A stretch of 64,000 nt of DNA from the NCBI GenBank assembly GCA_024346625.1, contig AP024666.1, forward strand, positions 868,001 through 932,000, written 5' to 3'. The DNA is from Williopsis jadinii (taxonomy: Eukaryota). Shown here piece by piece: positions 32,988-42,833 of the stretch (its first letter is position 1; every line of letters begins with the position of its first letter). Under the pieces are notes generated by a model. It was not told the origin of the DNA. It made no database searches and was given only the letters and a program-made list of their open reading frames with translations. Both the position numbers and the translations under genes were made by a program.

Positions 32988-34439
32988 TCAGACACTTTTG
33001 AAGAGTGTGACTCCCAGAATGACAACGAACATACTCAGCAGAATGAGAAGGGCTCTTGGGAATGCTGAACCAGTAACTTGCATCATATCGATTCTTTCAA
33101 GCACAGAATCCCATCCTTGGTCAAATTTGACATCGGAGAACTTGTTCAGCACGCTTTGTTTACCTCTTTTCGTCATCGAGAGTTTTTCCTCATCAGTCAA
33201 TGTTGAAGCTGCTTGAAATGCTTCATGCAATCTTGGGAATTTCATATCTGTTGGTTTAGCATCAGGATCAGTTTCACTCTTAAAGAAGAACCCCGTCCGT
33301 GTTGTTTCATCGCTCACATCTGACTGTGAGTGTGATTCTGAGTCCCATGGGACAACAATATCAAGGAAGGGGCCTGCACTTGCGTGTACGATTGGCACAA
33401 GGCCACTTGCCACGTATTCAACCACTGCGATGCCGAAATGTTCGTTCCACATTGCGTTTAACCCAAATGTCACCTTTCTGAGATACTCTTGAACAACTTG
33501 ATACTTTGCATCGAGGATAAATTCAACGTGTGTATCTGGGACCTTCAATTCAGCTGCCAAAAGCTTGAGTGATTGGACGTAGTCTTCATCGCTTTTACCT
33601 CTGATAGATCCCATGAGGATAAGTTTAGGTGCACTCTTTAGATCAGTCGAACGCAAGAACTTGGCATATTCTCTTATAATGAGTTGATGACGCTTTTCAG
33701 GACGGAACTGTGCAAGACATATGATCGAGTTCTCCCTGTTCCATGTTGTCAGTTTGAGGTCTTCTTGCGATATGAACTTTTCAGTAGAGCATGGAGGGTA
33801 TAGGATGCTCACAGAGGGCTTGAAACTCCATATACGTTGAATATGATTTCTCGTCCACGTAGAGTTTGCAAGTGCAATATCGACAAATCTTCCAGAAGTG
33901 TGGTATACGGCCATGAATGTAGACCAGTAGATGTATTTCAGCAGTTGTTTAATACCCCCCAGAGATGATAGAGCAGGGTGCAACTTACCCAACATGTCCT
34001 CAGAAATCACTGGAAAATGGACATAGACAATCAGTGGTATTCCAAGCCATAGCTTGACCAGGAAATAAGTGAAAGGGTAACCCATGGTATCTATCCAATA
34101 GTCTGGTTTGTACCTGTAGATGGCCTCAGCACACAGAACTACAGATCCCAGGGCTTGACCTAACAACGTCAATACCGGCCATTGATTCGGATCCACGGCC
34201 CACCGTGTTGAGAGTCTTACGAACTGAACACGTTGCTTATCCAAATGTATGTCAAATCTCTTCTCAACGTTCTTGAAGATCTCATCATCGGAATCGACAT
34301 CACCGGTGTATACGACAATTCGATTTGTGCTCTTCTTATTCAGAGTGTCATTGGCTGCTTGCCACAGTACACGTTCACCACCACCACCAGCATTGCAGTA
34401 TGGGTGAAAGAACCCGTACACCTTAGAATCGGAAACCAT
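32988..34439 (-). CDS. ALG11: Alpha-1,2-mannosyltransferase
   Basis: 'GFFHPYCNAGGGGERVLW', 'LAQFRPEKRH', 'MWNEHFGIAVVE'. Confidence 0.97.
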   Translation of the reverse strand: MVSDSKVYGFFHPYCNAGGGGERVLWQAANDTLNKKSTNRIVVYTGDVDSDDEIFKNVEKRFDIHLDKQRVQFVRLSTRWAVDPNQWPVLTLLGQALGSVVLCAEAIYRYKPDYWIDTMGYPFTYFLVKLWLGIPLIVYVHFPVISEDMLGKLHPALSSLGGIKQLLKYIYWSTFMAVYHTSGRFVDIALANSTWTRNHIQRIWSFKPSVSILYPPCSTEKFISQEDLKLTTWNRENSIICLAQFRPEKRHQLIIREYAKFLRSTDLKSAPKLILMGSIRGKSDEDYVQSLKLLAAELKVPDTHVEFILDAKYQVVQEYLRKVTFGLNAMWNEHFGIAVVEYVASGLVPIVHASAGPFLDIVVPWDSESHSQSDVSDETTRTGFFFKSETDPDAKPTDMKFPRLHEAFQAASTLTDEEKLSMTKRGKQSVLNKFSDVKFDQGWDSVLERIDMMQVTGSAFPRALLILLSMFVVILGVTLFKSV

Positions 34440-34650
34440 TGGTTGAGTTTATCTGGGTTCCTCCTCGTTATCTAAGCAGGTGGAAAGAGCAGTTGTGTTG
34501 TTTGTTATGAGTCTCGGAGCCCAAGTACATTTTCCTCCACTGCGCTCGGTGGAGGTAGGAAGTGGAGGGCATTGCCAAACTACACAGACCACGACGAAAG
34601 AAACATAATTGGTGGAAAAACATGTATAAAGGTCATATATTCGAAGAGAG

Positions 34651-35514
34651 TCACGGAGCATGTTTGTCTTCAGCACTATCTGGCATCAACATCTCTATTA
34701 CAAGCATCTGTAATGGGCCATAGTCCTTCTCAGCAATGAGGTTGAACTCATCTGCAAATAAGAGGAAGTGCTTGAAACTGGTGTTCAACAGGGTATTCAG
34801 TCCAAGGTCGATGATCTCGTTGAAATGATGACAGTAGATGTGGGCGTAGATACGGAACAATCTCTTCATGAGCGTCTTTACAAGTGCCTGGAACTGTGGA
34901 GGGAAAGGCTGGTTTGTCTTGGAAGGGAATATGTTATCATCGTCGAACAACGATTGAATCCACGTCATTAGACAGTCAACGTACCTTGGTGCACTGACCG
35001 ATATCGGCTTTGAAAGATTGGAGTCCTGCCATAGATATTCGTATTCGGTAGTGGCAATCATACGAGGACACGTTGAAGGAGAACAGAACTCTGTGATCGT
35101 GCCGTAGAGCATGTTGATCTGGTTGTAAAAATCCACAACGTGCACCGCCAGCCACTCGTTCAAGTTCTCATCCCTTGGAAGTTTCACTGCCTGTGCAAGA
35201 GCTGTACCAGATCCCAAAGTGGACTCAACAATGTGCTTGATGTCCTCATGCGTGGAGATCGCATTGTAGTTATGGTCCACGTTGGCCCACGAGCCAGTGG
35301 ATGTCTGCTCAGAGTACTGGTCTACCTGACGACCACCGAGCCTGCCCACATCATTCGCGTCACTGCTGTGAGCGGACTTCTTGAACCCACGGGTCGACTT
35401 GATGGTATGTCCATTATTGAGATGCCTATAGCGTTGTTCAGGTTAGTACTCAACATGGATGACTCTAAGGGAGAAACAGGGCCTCACGACTCACAAGCTT
35501 TGAAAGAACGACAT
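34651..35514 (-). CDS. MOB1: Dbf2 kinase activator Mob1 (two exons, 264 aa)
   Basis: Exon 1 35514-35495 (ATGTCGTTCTTTCAAAGCTT); intron 35494-35426 (GTGAGT, TACTAAC, TAG); exon 2 35425-34651. Spliced start MSFFQSLHLNNGHTIKSTRGFK; core 'NEWLAVHVVDFYNQINMLYG'. Confidence 0.95.
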
Positions 35515-36077
35515 GACGACAGAGGATGAACTACAGTGCTCCGGTGTGACTGAGAGATGACGAGCCTTCGATCCTATTGCTGTTGTTGTTGTGTTTTCGG
35601 GGTTGATTGAAATGAGCTCGTTGAAGTCTCAAAAGTTGGTTGTGTTTGTGTTTACCAATTTCCGCTTTGGGACTTTGACACAATTTACATATTTCAGAGT
35701 GCAAAAGTTGCGCAAACCATTTGCAGAAGTTGCGCAAAACAACTTTGGCGTAAAACGCTCCAGTTTACGCCTTTATGACGTCAATTGTGATGAAATCAAC
35801 CATATAGCTGGCCATCAGTGTAGTAGAGAAGTAGTGAATAGCTGACAAACTACCAGAGTACATGCTGCATACTGTCCTGTGCGTTGTAGTGGAGTCTCAT
35901 ACTCCGTTGATGTTGAACAATCATCCACCAAGCACTCACGTGAAATTAGGACCTGTGGCTTGCGATTGATTGACTGTTTGTTGAACTCCACACAAATATA
36001 CCAGCGTCTTCTTCTCTTCCTATAACGTTGCCATACTTGGTATACGATCGAACAGTTAACATATTCTGACAACCAAG

Positions 36078-36968
36078 ATGGCTGAGACTCACGTGGACTC
36101 GAGCTGGTCTCGGAAGGCTAAAGACATCACTGCTGGGTTTGCAGGTGGCGCGGTTCAAGTACTCATTGGCCAACCTTTTGATCTAGTGAAGGTGAGATTG
36201 CAGACTGGTCAGTATTCCTCACCAATCGAGGCTGTGGTATCTACATTGAAGAATGAAGGGTTCTCAGCGTTCTATAAGGGGACCTTACCACCGCTGATTG
36301 GCGTCGGAGCATGCGTTTCAGTTCAATTCTACGCATTTCATGAGGCCAGAAGACAACTGTTGCAGCGGTTCTCCACACCAGGCCAGAAAGAACTTACTTT
36401 GAAGCAGTTCTATCTAGCTGGTGCATTTGCAGGGATTTTAAACACACCAATCACTGCTCCTGTTGAACAACTAAGAATCCTAATGCAAACCCAGCCTTCT
36501 GGCGAGAGAAGGCTCTACAATGGACCAAGAGATGCTTTACAAAAGATATACTACAGAGAGGGAATAAACGGTGTGTTTAGAGGCTTTAGCGTTACACTTT
36601 TGAGAGAAGCACAAGCTTATGGAGTGTGGTTTCTAACCTATGAGTTCCTCGTCCAACGAGCACTGCATAGTTCAGGAATTGAACGGAAGGACCTCTCAAC
36701 GCCAGAGCTCTTACTCTATGGTGCTCTTGCAGGCGATGCCCTATGGCTAGCATCCTACCCACTGGATGTGATCAAGAGCAAATTACAAAGCGATGGATTC
36801 GGTTCAAAAGCTCAATTCAGGAATGCACGAGATGTGGCCCAGGTGGTTTGGAAGGACAGTGGATTTAAAGGCTTCTGGAGAGGTATAACACCAGCACTCA
36901 TCAGAGCAATTCCATGTAGTGCAGGCACGTTTGCCACAGTGGAACTGACGCTACGTCTCTTAGGTTAA
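36078..36968 (+). CDS. Mitochondrial carrier protein (Ymc1/Ymc2-like)
   Basis: Three Px[DE]xx[KR] motifs (PFDLVKVR, PVEQLRI, PLDVIKSK) and 'AFYKGTLPPLIGVGACVSVQF'. Confidence 0.9.
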   Translation: MAETHVDSSWSRKAKDITAGFAGGAVQVLIGQPFDLVKVRLQTGQYSSPIEAVVSTLKNEGFSAFYKGTLPPLIGVGACVSVQFYAFHEARRQLLQRFSTPGQKELTLKQFYLAGAFAGILNTPITAPVEQLRILMQTQPSGERRLYNGPRDALQKIYYREGINGVFRGFSVTLLREAQAYGVWFLTYEFLVQRALHSSGIERKDLSTPELLLYGALAGDALWLASYPLDVIKSKLQSDGFGSKAQFRNARDVAQVVWKDSGFKGFWRGITPALIRAIPCSAGTFATVELTLRLLG

Positions 36969-37013
36969 GAGAGGGGCAAAGCAAGCAGTTAGTATGTTTT
37001 TGTAATGTGTTTT

Positions 37014-39650
37014 CTAAAAATGTATGAACCTTTGACTTAGCGTTGAATCATCATATTCAGCGTCCTGTCTGATGTTTTCATTTTGGATCTTGCTTTTGAT
37101 TCGCTTATGAACATCACCAACAAATTCAAGATACGATTCTGTTTTGTCAAGTGCCCGGTCTTCAACAAGTAGTTCCCTCACTTCGAATTCGTTACCATCA
37201 ATACCTTGTCGACAAATGTGTACTGCTATAGTTTCTTGTTTAAGGACTTCTCTCCAGTAGTCAACAATGGAACGAACCTTGAGTGAAATATCAGTATTAA
37301 GCTCAGGTAATATTGTCAGAAGGGGATCCACCAAGTCAAGTGAACCAACGCCAAATAGTGCATCAAGCAAGAGCGGATTTACAGCACTGTGTAACCAAAG
37401 AAGAAGCTTCACTCCGTTGAAGATTAAACATGCACCACCGTATTTCAAAGATTCAGAGGATGCACGAGAATTCTCAGGAAGTTTCAAGCTATCCGAATCC
37501 TCAAGGTCCAACGTCAGAAGATCAATGACGACAGGATATAATTTCCACATCAACTTTTCCAAAGGTAAAGAGTTCAACTGGAAGAAATCGTAGACACACA
37601 AGTTGTTACTGATTGATGATTTAAAGACACGGCTCTTCTGGAAAGAGTTGATGAAGGCACACAGCGTATTAAGCCCCTCGGGGAATACTAACTGAGTTGG
37701 TAACAAGTTTGAACTAGCAGCCAGTGCCCTATATTGGGAAAAGATATCAACGAGTTTAGTCTTCGTGGAATTCTTAATCTCAATTGGATTTTGCTTTGAA
37801 AAGTAGTGGAGGCAATTCTTCACAATGATATCAGTAACAGCATCCTGATCTGCAAAGGCAAACACAGTTCTAATATCCTCAGTGACAGCTGCACACATAT
37901 TAACAACTCTGACACGACGTACACCGTCAACACCAGTGTACAATACGGCGGATTGGAAATGAGCGTCGTCCGCAGAGCTGAGTTTTCCATCATAGGAGAA
38001 CAGAACTGAGAATTGCCAGTCAGAACTCAACACTGGAACCACAGGTTCACGAGAAAATGCCGTATCCACATTTCCATAGTAGTTCGACACTTGTAGCCCA
38101 TCTGAGCAACGTACTTTCAATTGTCCTTGATAACCTTGCGTTCTCAATACAGACGACTTCAAGTCCTCAGTGAATTCAATCTCATCTCTTTCGGCGACAA
38201 AGTTTGGATACAACTTCAAGGTTCCAGAAGTACGAAGTGTAACGTTTGCAGAATTGATGAGATCAACAGAACCCGAACTGAACACGAACATATCAAGACC
38301 CACATAGGATGAAAGGCAAGAATCAGCAAGTTTTTGATAATAGTTATTAGCACATTTGAAGGTCTCACAGCTCAATGGTTTGTTTTCACCCCAAGCTAAG
38401 ATGCCTTCTCCCCAGGTTGGCAACTTGGATAACGTGGCACAGATTTTACCTCCACCAACTTGGGATAGTGCTTCTTGGGCAAATTTCAAAGCAGATCCAA
38501 ATGCAGCTTCTGGCATCTTGAACTCAACAAACATATCATCGATTCGATTCAGCGCATCATAAATGGACTGTCCTTGTGTATTGACGTCAACAAACAATCC
38601 ATCGTAGAAGGGAACGAATATATCCTTCAGATCGGAAACAATGACGACCTGGCATCTTTCATCACTGAGGTCAAAGCAGTAAATCTTTTGATCATACGCG
38701 ATGATTGAAACCTTTGCAGGATATGACAGCTCATTGATGATACTTCTGATTGCATCTGTTGTAGTTCTGACAACATCCTGTGAGGCTGTTACGTCAATCA
38801 AGAAGACGAAATGCATAGGACCTGGTTCTTCATTCTCGTCAACCCTGTAACTATTTGGCACCAAGAAATCAACAACGCCCTTACAAAGCTCAGGTCTCTG
38901 TAAATAATCTAGTCTTTTCCCACTGATATCAATAGGGACTTGATAATCGACAGGCACCGGGTTTGAGACCTTACAGATGTTACAGATGAACTGTTGTTCA
39001 TGCGTAAACTTCATATGAGGATTCAAGTAAGTTCTGCAACGACGACATCTTAGGGGTCCACCAAGCGACAGCATGTCAACTTCTGGTATCGTCTCTTCAT
39101 TGGCGTCCACAGGTGCAAATGGACGAACCGTCATTCCCAACGGAAGCCTTGTGGAGTTGCGAAGGGATTCCGTCGTCGGAACATTGTACATAGTGAGCCT
39201 TGCGAACTTCGGCGTTGCAGTTCCTTGGTCGATACAGTGGACCTGTGTCGTTGAAGGTGGAGGAAGGGCATTTTCGAACGACTTGAAAGAGACGTTTGAA
39301 TATTCCTGTGCAGCCCGATACCGTTTCAAAGGCACAGACAGTATATCTCCTTCTTCACTAGGCAACACACCTTGTTGTGGAACAGGCTGTTGTTGTTGGA
39401 ATTGAGCAGAATAGTTTGCTTGGCCGAGATTCATACTAGCACCACTCAGTGAGCTACCCATTGGGACGCTGACACCGCTGTTGAACCCGCCCACGTTGTT
39501 GTTATTACTGTTGTTGATACTCTGGCCGTGGCCAACATTACTGCCAGGCGTCAATTGGTGGTGTGCCCTAGCGGGCCGGCGCTTTCTGTTAGGCACAACG
39601 GGATCAACGTGTAGTTGATCCAAGCTTCCACTCAGCTGATTTGGATCCAT
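37014..39650 (-). CDS. SFB3: COPII Sec24-family subunit Sfb3/Lst1
   Basis: Zinc finger 'RCRRCRTYLNP...CNIC', trunk and gelsolin domains. N-terminal 'RKRRPARAHH' is typical of the Sfb3 branch. Likely ATG at 39650. Confidence 0.85.
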   Translation of the reverse strand: MDPNQLSGSLDQLHVDPVVPNRKRRPARAHHQLTPGSNVGHGQSINNSNNNNVGGFNSGVSVPMGSSLSGASMNLGQANYSAQFQQQQPVPQQGVLPSEEGDILSVPLKRYRAAQEYSNVSFKSFENALPPPSTTQVHCIDQGTATPKFARLTMYNVPTTESLRNSTRLPLGMTVRPFAPVDANEETIPEVDMLSLGGPLRCRRCRTYLNPHMKFTHEQQFICNICKVSNPVPVDYQVPIDISGKRLDYLQRPELCKGVVDFLVPNSYRVDENEEPGPMHFVFLIDVTASQDVVRTTTDAIRSIINELSYPAKVSIIAYDQKIYCFDLSDERCQVVIVSDLKDIFVPFYDGLFVDVNTQGQSIYDALNRIDDMFVEFKMPEAAFGSALKFAQEALSQVGGGKICATLSKLPTWGEGILAWGENKPLSCETFKCANNYYQKLADSCLSSYVGLDMFVFSSGSVDLINSANVTLRTSGTLKLYPNFVAERDEIEFTEDLKSSVLRTQGYQGQLKVRCSDGLQVSNYYGNVDTAFSREPVVPVLSSDWQFSVLFSYDGKLSSADDAHFQSAVLYTGVDGVRRVRVVNMCAAVTEDIRTVFAFADQDAVTDIIVKNCLHYFSKQNPIEIKNSTKTKLVDIFSQYRALAASSNLLPTQLVFPEGLNTLCAFINSFQKSRVFKSSISNNLCVYDFFQLNSLPLEKLMWKLYPVVIDLLTLDLEDSDSLKLPENSRASSESLKYGGACLIFNGVKLLLWLHSAVNPLLLDALFGVGSLDLVDPLLTILPELNTDISLKVRSIVDYWREVLKQETIAVHICRQGIDGNEFEVRELLVEDRALDKTESYLEFVGDVHKRIKSKIQNENIRQDAEYDDSTLSQRFIHF

Positions 39651-39922
39651 CGGTTGCCTGTAGTCTTCTATCCCATAGCTGCTGTGATGATGGTAGCTTC
39701 GCACCAAAGCTGAAGTGTATCGAAAACCGTACTCGTCTGTGGCCCCTACCATCAAAGATATCCCACAATTTGGAATGTTCCGAAAATATGTATTTACACA
39801 AAAAAGCGAGATCCAAAACGCGCTCTCAGGCCTCATCACCGAAACAGTAAACAAAGCAACCACTTTAAAAGGCAGCGGTGTACAATAGTGGAGCTCCAAA
39901 CAGAAAAGACGTGCTTGGAAGA

Positions 39923-41782
39923 ATGGGTGTTCCGCAGCTCCTACCACAGCTCAAGGATATTCAAGAGGTTGTTAGTCTTGCGGAGTTTAAAGGACAGACG
40001 CTTGCCATTGATGCCTATGCCTGGTTACACAAGAGTGTTATGTCTTGTCCCGTTGAGCTAGGTAAAGGGCTCTATACGGACAAGTACGTCAATTACTTCC
40101 GCCGGAGGGTAATGATGCTCCGAGGGTTTGGAGTGGAGCCGTACTTCGTGTTTGACGGTGACAAGTTCTCGAGCAAAGCAGGTGTTGAGAATGAAAGAGA
40201 ACGACTTCGAGAGGAGAACAAGGCATTGGCGTTACAATGCATGGAGAATGGAGACCATAAGACCGCGTGGAAGCACTTTGTGATGTGTGTGGACGTGACA
40301 CCACAAATGGCCAAGTCTGTTCTCGAAGTGCTCGATCAGGAGAAGGTTCAGTACGTTGTGGCTCCTTATGAGGCCGACGCACAGATGGTTTACCTCGAGA
40401 AGATTGGTGTTGTCAGTGGGATCTTGAGTGAGGACTCCGACCTACTAATCTTTGGTGCACAATGCCTTTTGACCAAGCTAACAGAGACTGGGTTCTGCAC
40501 ACGGATTTGTCGAAAGGATTTCAAGAATTGTAGGATTGCACCTGTGGGTCTGTTGTCAGATTCACAGCTTCGAATGGTTGCATGTCTAGCCGGTTGTGAT
40601 TATACAGCAGGTATACCCAATGTTGGCATCGTCAAGGCCTTTAGACTTGTCAAGAGAATGGGGACGATGCAGAAGTGTCTATCCAATTTACGGTTAGAAG
40701 GCAAAGTCTCAATTCCAACATCGTTCGAGGAGGAGTACGAGAGGGCCGACTTGTCGTTCCAATTCCAAAGAGTTTTCAATCCTATAAGTGATGATATGAC
40801 AACTTTGAACGATATCCCTGAATCCCTAAAGGACCATCGTCATCTTACGGAGTGCATTGGACCTCTGCTAGAGCTGGACGTACACAGAGGTATAGCGCGT
40901 GGTAAACTCGATCCGATAACAAAGGATACACTTTTAACGAGGGAATCAACGTTGATGAAGTTACAGATGGCTCACAATGCCCAACGGGTATCCAGGACTC
41001 TGAATCCTCCGAGAACTCCAAAGCTACAGACAAAGATACGCACCATCGGCTCCTATTTCAAGCTCAGCCAACCTGTCGTGTCCCACTCGCACCGCAACAC
41101 ACCACAGAGGAGTCCATCATTGCCATCGTCAATCGTCAGCAAAAGGAGAAAGCTCTTCGATACCTCACCATCGGCCGGCCCTGCAGTCACTGCGTCTCCA
41201 TCGCAAAGCAGGTTCTTTCAGCACAAGCGCAAACCTGAAGCAGTGGATCAACAAAATGACGCGAAGCCCCAAGCACAGCTATCGCATTCCAGCGATTTTG
41301 AGTTCACCGACCCGGATGACTGTGATGACAGCAGTGATCACGACAGCGAGCCCACAGAATCATCAGCTGAGACTGGAACCGCACCAATCCGGGCCCACCC
41401 TGTCGATCAATTTGATGCAAGTATGGGCCAGTGCACCGTTGATAGTACCGCATCAACAGCAGAAGCGGGAATGCCACTGGATGGAGGCATGCAGCGCGAT
41501 AGAGCACAACCTGTTAAACGAGCTGGGAATGGGCTATACGACAAGTTCGGCTTCAGATTAGGCGATGGTAGACGTGGTGACACAGCACCAACGCGTCCCA
41601 CCAATGACAGGCCGGGCAAAGCGACAACTGCTCGTCTACCGTTGAGGCCTAAGCACGATACAAACTCTATTGTTACTGGAACGAGACTCAAGCACCAGGG
41701 CAACGGGGCGATGAACGCTACGATGTGCCATACCAAGCCGGCAAAGCTGTCGTTGGACAGCTTTATGTACAGAGGGGGTTAG
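39923..41782 (+). CDS. EXO1: 5'-3' exonuclease, XPG/Rad2 family
   Basis: 'MGVPQLLPQLK...TLAIDAYAWLHK', 'YVVAPYEADAQM', 'ILSEDSDLLIFG', 'GCDY'. ATG at 39923. Confidence 0.96.
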   Translation: MGVPQLLPQLKDIQEVVSLAEFKGQTLAIDAYAWLHKSVMSCPVELGKGLYTDKYVNYFRRRVMMLRGFGVEPYFVFDGDKFSSKAGVENERERLREENKALALQCMENGDHKTAWKHFVMCVDVTPQMAKSVLEVLDQEKVQYVVAPYEADAQMVYLEKIGVVSGILSEDSDLLIFGAQCLLTKLTETGFCTRICRKDFKNCRIAPVGLLSDSQLRMVACLAGCDYTAGIPNVGIVKAFRLVKRMGTMQKCLSNLRLEGKVSIPTSFEEEYERADLSFQFQRVFNPISDDMTTLNDIPESLKDHRHLTECIGPLLELDVHRGIARGKLDPITKDTLLTRESTLMKLQMAHNAQRVSRTLNPPRTPKLQTKIRTIGSYFKLSQPVVSHSHRNTPQRSPSLPSSIVSKRRKLFDTSPSAGPAVTASPSQSRFFQHKRKPEAVDQQNDAKPQAQLSHSSDFEFTDPDDCDDSSDHDSEPTESSAETGTAPIRAHPVDQFDASMGQCTVDSTASTAEAGMPLDGGMQRDRAQPVKRAGNGLYDKFGFRLGDGRRGDTAPTRPTNDRPGKATTARLPLRPKHDTNSIVTGTRLKHQGNGAMNATMCHTKPAKLSLDSFMYRGG

Positions 41783-42833
41783 AACTCGTGCAATTGCTGA
41801 ACGGTTGAGGCCATTGGCAGCTCAACAAGGTTTCTAGTTCCCGACTTACAATGACCACCCGCTGCATGGGCCCTTTGTATAGTTACTTTGTATAGTTTCT
41901 TCAAGCGTCTCGGCCAAGAAGCCACCTCCACGCTCCGTAGAGATGTAACACCGGAAGGAAACGGAGCAGCGAGCACAGCTCGCTGCCACTCAACAGCACA
42001 ACCATAGTTACCTTGGCTGTTAAGTGGCAGCTCTGATCAACCTCAAGAGAAGTTGGCCAACAGGCGCTCGGCTTCTCATCACCAACCACACGCGGAGTGT
42101 ACTATACGTAGCTAGAATGTGTGCATGGGCCACGCAACTTTGGCGTTCCTGGCCCTACACTTTTGGTAGAGACGGTACGCGCGCACGGATGTGGCTTTGC
42201 TTCCCGCACCAGTCACTTTACGGGCCGTTGAAACCTTAAGCGCCAGTGTAGGGGATGTTACAAGCGGTTGTAGCACGTATGGCACCACGGCTGTAACAAA
42301 ACCCCAAGGGGATATTTCTCCGGGGGGAGTGGAATTCCCTTGGGCGCATGGGCGCTGGTGGGCAGACAAGAGCGAAAATTATAGCAGGGCAAACGCATCG
42401 TGCCCAAGGCCAAAAAGAAAAGGCAAAAAAAAGATCATGCAATTTTGCAAAGTCGTACGATTTCTGTCATAAAAAACAAAAGGCAGCCACTTTAAACGGG
42501 ATCCAAGTTGGGAATCCCAAGAGAGGTTCTGCTACGATGGATTAGGCTTTTTTGAAGTAATTGAAAGAAGGCAGTTTCATCAACTTTTAGTTTTGTTGTT
42601 GTTTTCTTTGCTTACTTTCTCCCCCATTACTTGACTACTATCACTTGTACACGGAGTTCATTGCGAAGTTGATTTCTTAGCGCGTTCACAGTGTATCTCT
42701 CGATCCCGAATTTGTGCTATCACCACTTTTATCAGGTAAGGAGCCTTAGGTAGAGAACCCCAGGCACAGGCACGGAAAAGACAGGGCGGCAAAAGAAGGA
42801 AGACAGATAGGGCCAGACATCAAGACACCACCA

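Noticed and set aside
39651..39947. Apparent overlap of extended SFB3 and EXO1 ORFs in the track
   Set aside because: Artefact of upstream or alternative starts. Family homology begins at 39650 (minus) and 39923 (plus).
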